The notes below the pieces were generated by a model. It was not told the DNA's origin. It searched no databases and saw nothing but the letters and a program-made list of their open reading frames with translations. Positions 51,038 through 64,000 of a stretch of DNA of 64,000 nucleotides are shown piece by piece. Position 1 is the first letter of the stretch, and each line of letters opens with the position of its first letter. The DNA is from Octopus vulgaris (lineage: Eukaryota), in the NCBI GenBank assembly GCA_951406725.2, contig OX597817.1:45198001-45262000 (forward strand), in the 5' to 3' direction. The translations under genes were made by a program, and so were the position numbers.

Positions 51038-52650
51038 GGTGTGTGAGGATGTTTAAGTCATAGTTTAGATGTGATACAAAATAGAGAGTGAGGTGGAGGA
51101 AAGAAAGTAGATTTAAGATATGTATGGGTATTGAGTTCATAAATTCGTTTTATAGGCATAATGGTATACATGCAGTATTCCAATATCCTATGAGTAAAGT
51201 CCAAAAGTCAAACAGAGTTTAAAATTAGTCCTTCCAAATATAGAGTTTATAAGCAATGTAAGATTCCTTTATGAGTGAGATCCAGTAGATTTTTAACTTG
51301 GTCATTCCTTGTAGAGAACTATATATAAATTCTCTAAACTCTTATGCGAGTGCGCGTAAAATTAAATTCTAGATTGTACTTGCTATAAATATAATTACTT
51401 CACGCAACGTAATTCATCGGCAGAGTTAAATGCTAGCAAGTTAGCACGCTTTTATATTATGGCACTAAATTTAAAGATGAGTTAGAATACATGGATGGAG
51501 AATCACTCTAACTTAAACAGGATTAGGAAGGGAGAGTTAATTTGTTTCCCTAATCTATATGATCTTAGTCCACAGATATAATTAGAAGCTTCTTGTCCCT
51601 ACTTAAACTGTACTTCCTAAATACACATGTGCACTACAGTCCAGTCATCATCTAAACGTTTAAGAGTTGGATATTGTGAGGTTCGTGCTGCAAAAAATGG
51701 CTTCCAGTATAGAACGGTAAAACAATAGAAGTGTATCAATGCAACAGCTAACTGCCGAAACCCTACCAACTACCGCATGTCTAGTCTCATACATTATCTA
51801 AAAAGCTACTTGCGCACAACTCAATGTGATGTTGAAAACCATATGGACCAAACAGTTAAAAAAAATCATTAAAGAAAATGTGAAATCATGCAATTATTTT
51901 CGTGTAGGACCAAGAGAAACTGTAATACCCTGCTCTCTGCACATCAAGATAATAAATATTGCATTGTCACGTGGGACAATTTTGAGATGATCCACCCTTG
52001 CTCACAGGGCATTCATAATTGCTCATTATTCGATTGCGAACCACCGCAATGTCCATCAGCAGAAAGCGCGTCTGATATTGTTGTATTCTCGCAGATGTCC
52101 CCTTAATGAACCTCAAGTTATAAATTGCTATACGTTGACCGCTAATACTGCGCGAAATGTAGCATATCGCACTTTAGCCCGTACGCCGCAGCTACTGTGT
52201 GAACAAACCTTGTGATTGTCCATAGAGAAATTGCTCCCTCCGCGAACCACTTCCTAAACAAATGTTCTAAATATAGCCACATACTACAGGAAGAATTTTC
52301 ATCTGACCTCGATGTTTATCGACCATTGTAATCTAATATTTATACAATCGTTGCTTCACCGTAATCAGAAGCGTTAGTAAACGCATGTTCTCACCTGATA
52401 TCACTTAATTGGCAAATTCCAAGCGTAGTTGACTATCTAATGCCACGATACAACCCGTTTCATCAAGAATAAAATTATTTGTTGGTGTTCTATCAATTGA
52501 AAATATTTGCCTTGAACTGACCAATGAAGAACTCAAAATACATTCATTTTGACTTTTTATCGTAAGTGATACAATGAAATGTTTGGGATTTTGCATCTAT
52601 GGAATTTGCATCTGAGTGAATTTTCTAATCAATATATTCAAAGCAGACAA

Positions 52651-52866
52651 GGTGGCGAGCTAGCAGAAACTTTAGGACGCCGGGCGAGATGATTAGCGGT
52701 ATTTCCTCTGCTGTTACGTTCCGAGCTCAAAATCCACCGAGGTCGACTTTGCCTTTCATCCTTTCGGGGTCAATAAAAATAAGTACCGGTTGTAATCGAC
52801 TCAATTCTTTTGTCTGCCCTTGTTTGTCCCCTCTATGTTTAGCCCCTTGTGGGCAATAAAGAATAA
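52651..52866 (+). mobile_element. SINE family A
   Basis: Collinear with other copies, small internal deletion. Confidence 0.9.
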
Positions 52867-53313
52867 AATATATTCAGTTTCCAGGACATATGTTGAGAAG
52901 ATATTGTCTTCCTAAACCAGTAACACGTAAGGCATTAAACGCCGCAGGACCAGGGAGAATTAGGAGTTCCTGACAGGTTACTGAATCTTGATGACTCACG
53001 AGTTGCTATGACACTATGAGCAATCCGTTTCCTTCCACAATTTGCATTCGTTTACCTTACTCACATATACACCATTCATTGTTTGTAAATATTCTTCAAC
53101 TCTAGTTTACTGCTATGTTCAAAGACGAGCTTGCGGAGGGAAAGAACATTGAACATAACACGCGTTCGACATAACATAAAGCATAGAATAACATAATGGA
53201 AGAATAGATCGTACGCTGCACTGAACAGTGCTGCACGCTTCAATTAGAAATAATAACCGTGTTCCACTACGTTTCTGTCAATTTCATGAGCAGACAATTT
53301 TACTACCTTTCAG

Positions 53314-53364
<51 letters not shown>

Positions 53365-54786
53365 AATATATATTAAATATAATATAATAATTAAGGGGAC
53401 ATGCAGCAAGAATCCTATTAGGCTTTTGTCAGCGTAGTTTATATAATATGATAGCGGAAATGTTTTATTATAATTAATAATGCGCGCACGATGAAAGAAC
53501 TCACAGAGAAACACATGCGTACACACACGTGCACATACACTCATACATTCATTCATACAGAGAGATACACTGAAACATGCTGTAACCAGGGACACGCGCG
53601 TGATTGTCAGAACATTATTTTTGTTCTCTGATTATAATAGGGAATTAATTGTTTGATTAATTACCGTATTATGTGCTTTCATTTTAAAGACTAGCTTCAC
53701 CGTTTCCGAAATGAGAAATGTTTAGTAACATCAATCATGACAACTAATCACCATGACAACTAAAATGAGAGAGCTTTAAATTTTCCTTTACACTTCATAA
53801 TGTAAAATTAAAAAGGAGGTGCAGAATGAAAGTGTACTTTAGCCTTCAGGGCGCGCTCTCAATGGTGTTGTATTTATGTACATGCCATACCTTATTGATC
53901 TATACAGTTGGGTGCCTACGCGTTTCCATTCAGAACGTTTAGTAAATGTTAATGTTTATTGCGGTTTTCTCATATTATCAAACGAATCTCAATAACTTAA
54001 ATTGCCGTCTCCATATTTCACGTTGCTATTTGAATCTAGCAGCACAAGGAGAAATTATTGATCAAAGTCTAATTTTAATAATGGATTATCTTTAATATGT
54101 TACAAACCGTTTCCTGTATTATGACAGTGTTTTAAGACTTTGGTGCGAAGTATATTATTTATCTGCTAATAGTAAATCAACTGCAGCTTTCAAAGATACT
54201 GGCATTATCTTAACGATAAGGAACATCAATGTTTGAATATCTTTTGAAATATTCACTCACCGCTTGTGTGTTTCTTTCATCATTACACAGTTCTTCTGTT
54301 AGTAGAATATATCTCAACGAAGGTAAATTAACTCAACCACCACTGATATAAAATACGAAAAATTCATCAAGAAAATTAATGTAATGTTGGTGCCTTTTAG
54401 CCCCAGGACTTGGAATTTATGATCAAAAGCATTCCAATGGTGAGTCTCCATTACTCACATTTTTTTTTTTAAGATGGCAAAGAGAGATGTCTTTAACGAA
54501 AAAGGATAAGCAAATGTAATGAGAAGGGTGATGTCAGGGAATATTTCTAACATTAATATAGAGAGAACAAATATAATGGGAAGCTAAATTCAATCTAAAA
54601 TCTTTAAACGAAAGTAGCTTTACCAAAGAATGCTATATTAAAATAAAGTTTGAAATTAAAAAATGTCTATAAAATAAATATTTCACATTCTCAGTAAGGT
54701 ACCGACATCAAAACTGTTCAGAAACAAGGCATTTGACCACTGTAAATGACAGATACACTGCTTTCATATTTCCTGTTATTTTGGTG

Positions 54787-54992
54787 TGCGAAACACCTAA
54801 GCTCCACGCGGCTCCGGCAGAAGGTAATGGCGAACTTCTGCTGACTCTTTCGCCACAACTTTCTCTCACTCTTTCCTCCTGCATCTTGCAGCTCACCTGC
54901 AACGGACCGGCGTCCCGTCCATGTGGGAAACCTATACGCCAAGGAAACTGGGGAACCGGCCCTTATGAGCCAGGCATGGCTCGAGAAGGAAC
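54787..54992 (+). mobile_element. 5'-truncated SINE family C variant
   Basis: Matches 46570-46735. Confidence 0.82.
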
Positions 54993-56122
54993 ATATTATT
55001 ATTTTGGTGTACGATCACTTGAATGTTGCTATATTTACGTTTACCTTCCTTAGATGCTAAAAGTCCGCTGCTACAGTAGAATTTCTTCTCTGAATATAAA
55101 ATTCATAACCAATCGCTTCAGAACATTTTGTCTGGAACTCTGATTCTTCTGTTTTCTGACTCACTAAGAACAACTATGGTAAAAAGCAGAAGCGAGACCA
55201 TCCACATAATAATACTGTTAAATATTGCTGGCAAATGTAACCTACATATAGTTTTAAAAAATGGGTCCTAGTTTGCCGTGGCTCAAATGTCATATGTGTA
55301 TGATCTCAATATCAACTTGGAAGATGTTAGACTCATGATCTCAAGATTGCGATTTCCATTCCCAGAGCAGGTGATGGGTTGTATTCTTGAACAAAACACT
55401 TCATTTTACGTTCTTTATCTTAATTTTGAAAAATAATAGAAGTATTAAAAAAAAACGTATTATTTATAGGATGACTCAATGTGTAAATTGTATTTGCAAT
55501 TATTTGCTTAGGTACGTTCCAGAAAATACAATCGACACAATGAATTTTAGAAGCCGTTAAATCATTTTGCGCATTATAAAATGTGTTATTCTTGAATTTC
55601 AAGTTATATTTGATTCTAATTTTTGTGATATACTTTGTTTGAATGATTGATTCTCTTTTTCGTATTCTTTGGATGTGCTAAAGTCTATCTCTGTTGGATG
55701 TTTATCGATCTGGACAAAGCGAATATTATTTCTGTCACTATTAAAATGGATAGCATTTCGCTTAACTTGCATAATATTTTTTAATTCAATAATTAAATCA
55801 ATGTCATTTCTTAATTTTTAAAAATCATAGTCACTATATATCTTTTATGTGCATTAATACAAAAATCAAAACAAAATCATTGAGATTCTTGTAATAATTG
55901 TACGTGGTTTTCAAGTTAGTATTTATTGCATGTTTGCGGACGAATTTTGCAATGCTAATTTCTAACATAGCTCAAGGTTCACATTAGTTATACTCAGATG
56001 TTTTCTCTAAAAGCAGGAAGTGATTGGGCAGACCTAGATATATCCGATATATTTTGCATCAGGAAAAGAAATACATTTTGTAACATAACATAGTATGCCG
56101 TTTGAGGAAATATCGCACTTTT

Positions 56123-56244
56123 ATTCAAATAGCCCAAAAAAACAGGGTTATTAGGGATAGCTACGATACTTAGGAGCGTTGTTGGCATCTAAGGTTACAT
56201 GTAATAGCCTGATGCTAGGAATCTTTCTTTTCCAATCCCTGGTG

Positions 56245-56312
<68 letters not shown>
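56123..56312 (+). mobile_element. R4/Dong-like LINE extreme 3' end followed by (TAA)n
   Basis: GLLGIATILRSVVGI* (compare LMGTAHILRKILSM*), ~55-nt UTR, then about 22 TAA units. Confidence 0.6.
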
Positions 56313-56313
<1 letters not shown>

Positions 56314-57191
56314 TATATTGTATAGGTTGACATGTAAACCTTTACCGGTGAACCACTGCAGTGTGCATTTCATTTCATTTGTAAAAATTATGGGATTCTC
56401 CGCATTTGAGTGTAGACTCCGGTCTCACCTTTTCAAAACAGATGAAATTTTCCACACAGGGGAACAGACCATCTAGTTTGTATCGAACGTGATTGTAGGA
56501 GTGCTACATATTGGTGTTTGGTCTCGCTAATTATTGTTCTCCTTCTTTGGGCTCGATTTGTTTCCCGTTCTCGAAAGCAGAAGAAAATATATATTTGAGC
56601 GTAGGCTACGTTCTCTTGCGCTTCCTAATGACGTATTTTGCTGACATCACTGGTTTATTCCTTACTGACACTATTGGTTATGGATGATATGGATTTTTTT
56701 CAGTTTCCTGATTAACGTTTGGATATAAGTTCCTCATATTCTAAGAGCTGTATTCATTGCAGCTATTGGACCAGCAATCGTTGTCGTGATTGTGTTTACC
56801 GTTCTTTTCTTTCTTGAATTATTCTCAAATCATTAACGCATAGCACTTTTGTTATTTTACCCCAAACTAATCACCATTTCATGCATTTTATCAACATAAT
56901 CAGCACAAAAATAAATATGAATGGGAATAGATTTGAGCGTTACTGTGATTTAAATCCATACCGAATATTCTGTATGTATATATATATATATATATATATA
57001 AATACATACATACATACATACACATACACACACATACACACACACAGATATATATATATATATATATATACATTCATTACTGGTTCTGTTTTTTTTAGTT
57101 TTCATCGACCGATAATTAGTTATATTTCACGATGACGACGTAAACAACTTATACATGCATACATACATGCATACATACATATGCACACACA

Positions 57192-57271
<80 letters not shown>

Positions 57272-58791
57272 GCGTATATGTATACATGCAAGTATGATAT
57301 ATGTCTTTGCACTTACGTGAGAGTTGATGAAACCAAATGAGCCCCTGTTAAATAATCACTCAGAAAATTGTTGCACCAGTTGTGGTTTCATCTAATTAAA
57401 CAAAAAATATGCAACACAATTGCTTCACCCTCATATTAATATTCCCCAGAAGCTAGAACCAAGCAATTTAGTAAGAGTCAACGTATTGGTTTCATTAAAA
57501 GGCGTCAGTAATTACATACTGCAACATTTATGACCGATACAGTTAGAAATGATATACCCGAAAAATAATTCTCGTTGTGAATACTCTATTCGAAATATGG
57601 ATAAAAAACACGAGTCTTGGATGTTACTGGAAGGCAACATTGCGGAAGATCGTTTGAATATGATGTTAATTATCAGCATATATGCTTGACTTCTTAGCTC
57701 AACAATTACAAAGTTTATGTTTGAAATTCTTTGTAAATTACAAGGAAAATTATGATCGCCATTTTAATTGTGTTTAACTATAATTTGTGTTTTCTTTATT
57801 GCGGTTAATTATCCTTTGTTTTTCTGTGTTATCAATACTAAACAAGATGGATGTTCAATATTATAATTGTTCTTACTATAAAAGTTGTAATTGTTTGGCA
57901 GCCTTTGTTGTTTTATTAATTTAGTTTGTTGATGTATTGACGGAGTTGATGATGAATAGAATGTATTATTTCCTTTCCTCAGTATTTTACGTAAGAAACA
58001 ATCGCAAAAACAAATGTATTTTAACTATTTGTAAAATATACTTTTGTTGCATACCCAAAAGATACTGTACCGTTTCATCAATATATATCAAAATTACCTA
58101 CATATAAAACATTTTATTCCATAGCTCTTTCATCAGAACAAACTTGGTATTATAGTTGCCATTATTTAGATTGTTGCTGCTGTATTTATTAGAGTTTGTT
58201 CTTTAGAGTGTTATTATAATTTACTTTTCTTTAAAAGAAAGGAATGTGTGATGAATATTTCATCATGGTTACGTGTCATAATTAGAGGACATCGCATATT
58301 GATTCGTTTATCCTTTCTATTTTTTGGAAATTTATTTTCTACATCTCTGTAATTCCCCAGCATTCATGCACACATCATTATTTATATCCGGTCAATAAGT
58401 ACGTATAGAGCATGTGATCATATGATAAAAGAGAAACAAAATGATAGAAAAAGGAAAGAAGAGAGAATGAGAAAGAGAGAATAAGACAGGAGGAACATGT
58501 TCAGTATCTAGTCACAGTCAGCAAGAGACAGAGAGAAAAAAGAGGGAGGGAGAGAGACAATGAAAGACAGAAAGAGATAAATTGCAGTAGTGAGAGGTCT
58601 GAAATATAGATAGACAGTTAATGTACATAAAAATAGCATTAATAGAAACCTCCATTATATTCCTGCAGGCTTAAACAAACCGTACAGACTCTTTACATAC
58701 AGGAGCAGACAAACAGAAACTCAAGAGAGACGCATTTTACAAAATCACACACTGACACCGAGTCAAACACACGCTCAATGCGTGCATGCAG

Positions 58792-58835
<44 letters not shown>

Positions 58836-59404
58836 GAGTCAGTGGAAATGAAGAGAGCAAAAGAGACAGAGAGAGAGAGGGAAGCAGACAAAGAGAATTA
58901 ATGCAATTGTATTTTATACTTAAATGCATTCTCAATGCAACTACTTCTGCATTCGCCATTTCGTAGTCACTTCATCATTAATCATCTCCACACAAGATTA
59001 CATAATACACAGACGTATAAGCATATGTATATTAACAAACATATGTATACATGTATCTATATTAAGTTAAACCCATATATGTACATACACACACACACAC
59101 ACACATATATATAGATATGTATCACGTGAGGCTGGAGATGGGGCAGATGACTTCCCTTTGCAAATACTGAGAGGGCACAGAAAGTGTGTCAATAGCCAGC
59201 TGGAGGAGATGTCTTCCTGGGGGCTACAAACTACAGTAGCATCAAACCTTAAGGGTCGGCCACATTTAGGTGGCAAATGTACTTCACGATGTCCTGCAGC
59301 TACTGTTTATACGTCGTTCAGAGATTTAATATATATATATATATGGAATCAGATAGATATGTTCAGGTTCTTTCAGTGCTTCCAAATTTAAAATATATGG
59401 AAAT

Positions 59405-59489
59405 ACTGTGCTGATGAGAAAAAAGATCAGAATTGAAGTGCGATTTTTGCATTTTTCATATCTATATAATTTCGAAACGCGTACGCAGT
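59405..59489 (+). ncRNA. Type I hammerhead ribozyme with intact catalytic core (Penelope-type, palindromic stem III)
   Basis: actgtg-CTGATGA-gaaa..tttc-GAAAC-GC-GTA-cgcagt; 6-bp stem I, 4-bp stem II, ACGCGT palindrome. Confidence 0.75.
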
Positions 59490-59661
59490 TAATCTAATGC
59501 CGTGTTAATTTCGTTGTTTTCTTTCTCTGCCTACGTGATATGTGTTTGATCATATATTGTCTGGGATTTGTCTCTTACAGTAGAAGAAATAGCTAGTTTT
59601 TTTTGGCCTGCTATTTCTAAAGTTCGGTGTGTGGTGAAGCAAATTATTTTGCCTAACCCTT

Positions 59662-59739
<78 letters not shown>

Positions 59740-60478
59740 GTGTGTTTGTGTACGTGTATATATATATATGTATATATACATATATAACTGTTTAATGATC
59801 ACTGGCGGAAGAAAGAGTTACCAATTCGATAGCAGAGATTTTTAATACTTTTATTAGGGTCTAGTCAGCTTCTAGCTGTTCTCAGTTATACTCGTAGGCG
59901 TAGACGGTCTACTGGCAAGCTACGATGTCGTATATGGTGAAATTATCGAGACGGCTAGCGTTGTTTCTTTGAAGCATGTAGAAAAAAATTCGCACTAGAG
60001 TCATGAATAACTAGAAGACGATGAAATGATAGCTTTGTCAAAATTTTTTGTCGTGATATCGAAAAGAATCAGAGGCATATCGGGAGGCGAGAAAGCCTTG
60101 CACAAACGAATCCTTTCAATACTGAACGATGTTCTGATAGGAGTTGTTCCTCTGCGTGCATTCCACCACATTATGAAGGTTGGATAAGATTTTAAGGCGT
60201 TGGAGGCCTACCTTTCTTGTCTGAATAGCTATGTGGAAGCCACTAGTAGAACTCGGATTTCTGAGATATTCTTGAGATATTTTTAAAACGGTAATACAGA
60301 GAGGAAATTGTGCATCTGGTTTCGAAGGCCGTAGTATAAGCTAAGACTAGCTACATACAGTAAACTGTTAACGCACAGCCATAATCTAGTTCATACGTCT
60401 AATACCCATATTTTTAAGTGAAATATTGTGTTGGTTTTTCCTTTAATGCAAACAGTTTAATTTAGCCCTAAAACTCTA

Positions 60479-60489
60479 TAGTAGTAGTA

Positions 60490-60553
<64 letters not shown>

Positions 60554-60616
60554 CAGGAGTAGTGGCAGCAGCAGCAATTGCTGTCGTAGTAGCAGAAGTA
60601 GCAGCAATAGTAGTAA
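60479..60616. repeat. (TAG)n trinucleotide repeat decaying to CAG
   Basis: Visible directly. Confidence 0.95.
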
Positions 60617-60672
60617 TTCTCCACTTGCTTATTATTACTTTTGCAGTAGCTTACTTTTCGTATATAAATGCT

Positions 60673-61010
60673 GAGACCCCCTTCACTCATGACTGACGAT
60701 GGGATTGAACCTAGAAAGTTACTCTCCCAGGCACAAGTCCGGGCAAGGTTGTTTATGGAAGACCAGCAGTTGCCCATGCATACCAGCTTCCCCTCTCCAC
60801 GCCACCAGTGTTATCCAAGGGAAAGGCAAAGGGGCCGATACAGCTTGGCACCCGTGATGTCGCAACACATTTCTACAGCTGAGTGAACTGGAGCAACGTG
60901 AAATAAAGTGTCTTGCTCAAGAACACAACACGCAGCCCGGTCCCGGATTCGAAGTCACAACTTCACAATCATTAGCTCGACGCTCTAACCACTGATCCAC
61001 GCGCCTTCAC
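60673..61010 (-). mobile_element. SINE family D, full length (tRNA-like head, RTE-like tail)
   Basis: GTGAAGGCGCGTGGATCAGTGGTTAGAGCG..CTTCGAATCC A/B boxes; TTCTTGAGCAAGACACTTTATTTCAC core. Confidence 0.82.
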
Positions 61011-62948
61011 ATAAATATACATATATATGTATGTGTGTGTATATATGTATGCATGTATGTATGAATCAGATAATATTGTTGTAGCTACAGTAGAAAAGAC
61101 TTAGTGGAAAACGTATTTCTGAATAAATGGTTGAAATGGCATATATATGAATATTCAACAAAGTTTGAGAGAAATTAATTTACATTCTGTCAGGATCTAT
61201 TTCTGAATAGAAGTAGCTCGATGCCACGGATGTGAATAGCAGCATTATTTGTTGTAGTTAGATTATGTAGGAAATAACATCTATCAGGTTTGAAATATTT
61301 CCTATCCTAAAGGAAGAATTCTGATATCCGAGTTGTGACACGGTGATGGCAATATTGTGTATGAATTATCATGGCGTATTGTGACGCATAACATCTGTAG
61401 CCTTACATTGTGCTATTCATCAAGTATACAGCAATGTATTTCTGCGTGAGTGATTAGAAGGATTCTGCTCCTGAAATAGGCTAGATCCTTTGAAGATCAC
61501 AGATCGGAAAAGTAGAGTATTTGCGGTGTAAGTTGCTTATTATCTGAATGCATGCTCTCTGTGTGTAAATATTTTGAGGAAAGAGAAAGCAGATGCAAAT
61601 CGATCTGGTGAAACTGAAATCAAGTAGCTCGTTACTGTACTGGCTGAAATGTATGCTTTTTAGCTGAGTTCTTATGTACACTGAAACGGATAGCACATAT
61701 GTTGCGGAAAATCTTGACACACGAGGAGGCTATGAGGAAACAGTAACAGAAAATTACGCTGGACCCAAATTCTAGATTTTCATATGAAACAGACAAAAAA
61801 ATGTTCTGCCATGAATATACCTACGGAACTCTATCGAAATTCAATTCTGTCACCACATATTCCTTTTGTACCGTAAGGAGATTTCTGTCTTTAGAAAGCG
61901 TTAGGGCCAGATCGTCGTTTAATGATAACGCTCTCTAGGCCTTCCAACAATTTCAGAGATATTCAAACATTAATGGATGGTGGTCGCTGTTTTCACCTTC
62001 TGATTAAACTCTACCAAATATTAGGCTTCATTTTATCACGAGAGACCTGCAAGTGTGGGGAAAAATTCAAAGGGCATGTAGAATGAATTAACTTACCTGA
62101 GATCCGCATACACAGTTTGTAACTCTTATATAAGATTCAAGTCGTATTTATCCTTCTACGTATGCCTTTTGTGTTTCTGTATGTATGTATGTACGTACAC
62201 ACATACGTTTGTATGTATGTATAGATTTAGTGAATATTATACTTTCACTTTCGTTTTCGTTTACATTAAAAATATTGCTTGACAACTGTTTCTTCAAAAC
62301 TCAAAATCTATACCACAAGAGGAAATCATTACAAAGCCCAGTGAATGAAATATTGCCGTTTAGTATTTATTCAAATGCGGAATAGTTAAGTAATTCTGTT
62401 TTTATACATTTCTATGCCAGAAACCAGGTTGCATAAATAAGAAGTTAGAAAACAAAAATTACAAGAAACAATCACATTTTACACTGAATCAAACTAGAGC
62501 GCCATATGTATGTGTAACTTGATTTAATTCTTTGGCATTTCTTAGAATTTCGCATTATCCTATTATTACTTCGTCCATTTAATACGAAATTGCTTTATTT
62601 CTTTCCAGTATCTATACATAAATTTCTTATATCCATAAATATTTATATATTCGCAGATTCGCTATTCGCTGTCCAGCATAATTGATATTATCATTCTGTT
62701 TAACAGAAACCACATATCTCTTCACACGCTCAGCGTCATATATTCTCATCGATTCTCATCTACAAATTAAAATTAATGCAGTCATTTTTACACTTCATGT
62801 TCCGTTGTTTTATACCGTTTTTATTAATAACATACCAACAGTTTAACAACTTTTGTGTTCAGGTGCTACAAAGCTAAAGAACATATGTATAGGTTTTAGC
62901 CAGTACTAATATATATATATGGAAATATGTAAACAACTTGGTTCGATT

Positions 62949-63206
62949 TTCTTTCTTTTCTTTTATTCTTATATTTGTTTCAGTTATTTGACTGCGGCTA
63001 TGCTGGAGCACCGCATTTTGTCGAGCTAATCGGCCCCAGGACGTATTCTTTGTAAGCCTAATACTTATTGTATCGGTGTCACATGCCGAACCGCTAAGTG
63101 ACAGGGACGTAAACACACCAGCATCGGTTGTCAAGCGATGTTAGGGGGACAAACACAAACACACAAACGTATACACACACACACACACACACACATACAC
63201 ACACAT

Positions 63207-63237
<31 letters not shown>

Positions 63238-63403
63238 CGACGGGCTTTTTTTCAATTTCCGTTAACCAAATCCACTCACAAGGGTTTGGTCGGCCCCAGG
63301 CTTTAGTAGAAGACACTTGCGCAAGGTGCGATGGAGTGGGACTGAAACCGGAACTATGTGGTTGGTAAGCAAGCTACTTACGACACACGCACTCCTGCGC
63401 CTA
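62949..63403 (-). mobile_element. SINE family B, full length
   Basis: Collinear with 45349-45812. Confidence 0.92.
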
Positions 63404-63712
63404 TAGAGTTTTCATACTTAAAAGAACAGTTTTTATACTGAAAAGAACTTGACTAGTAATTCTGTCAATGATTTGCTTATGCGTTAAGAGGGTCTATTTG
63501 AAATGTTACATTGTATATGTCTATAGGTTATACCATAACAGTAAAATTGTAAGCGTATTTGCATCACAGCACAGACAAACGTTAGCTACACCATTATTTT
63601 ATGATGTTAAAATGTTTTGCTACCCTCATGCTTGATAAGTTGTCGTAAGAGCAAGATGATCAGCATATATGTTTCGCTGGTCCTTTGATTGCTCTTGAAT
63701 GATGGCCGAAAC

Positions 63713-63942
63713 AGTGAGCTGGATGAAACGTTAGCACGCCGGGCGAAATGCGTAGCCGTATTTCGCCTGCCGTTACGTTCTGAGTTCAAATTCCGCCGAG
63801 GTCAACTTTGCCTTTCATCCTTTCGGGGTCGATTAAATAAATACCTGTCACGCACTGGGATCGATGTAATCGACTTCATACGTTTGTCTGTCCTTGTTTG
63901 TCCCCTCTATGTTTAGCCCCTTATGGGTAATAAAGAAATAAG
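63713..63942 (+). mobile_element. SINE family A, full length
   Basis: Collinear with other copies. Confidence 0.9.
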
Positions 63943-64000
63943 AAAACTTCGTATCAGGATGCACAGGAAACTGAATACAACATCAATGTTGATAATATCT

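Noticed and set aside
59800-60300. Possible decayed LINE remnants here and at 28300-28760, 38450-39010, 51900-52350 and 56340-56830
   Set aside because: Composition suggests old TE coding sequence, but motifs are too eroded to classify by eye
60694-60730. Hammerhead-like CTGACGA..GAAAG inside the SINE D tail
   Set aside because: Stem I is only 2 bp and stem III is weak; probably fortuitous

Overview
AT-rich eukaryotic genomic DNA dominated by (TA)n/(CA)n microsatellites and transposon debris. The repeat families look like those I associate with Octopus (cephalopod) genomes; this is from memory, not a search. No prokaryotic features, CRISPR array, rRNA or true tRNA gene were seen, and most of the supplied ORF track is translated microsatellite. 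Mobile elements: a 5'-truncated CR1/L2-group LINE (8.7-11.2 kb, minus), a Neptune-type Penelope 3' fragment with GIY-YIG endonuclease and pseudo-LTR (11.5-13.2 kb), R4/Dong-like restriction-endonuclease LINE fragments next to (TAA)n, RTE and Tx1-like remnants, two mariner relics (one with an internal inversion), Helentron-type non-autonomous elements and about 30 copies of four to five tRNA-derived SINE families. Main findings: (i) a probable minus-strand, multi-exon gene for a secreted or membrane protein spanning at least 45 kb, including two same-phase exons only 44 nt apart (candidate mutually exclusive exons); (ii) several Penelope-type minimal hammerhead ribozymes, with an intact core at 59.4 kb; (iii) five CCAAT-N12-CRE modules followed by a TATA box in the Penelope pseudo-LTR; (iv) recurrent fold-back inverted repeats around or beside (TA)n tracts. 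All coordinates were read by eye and may be off by a few bases.
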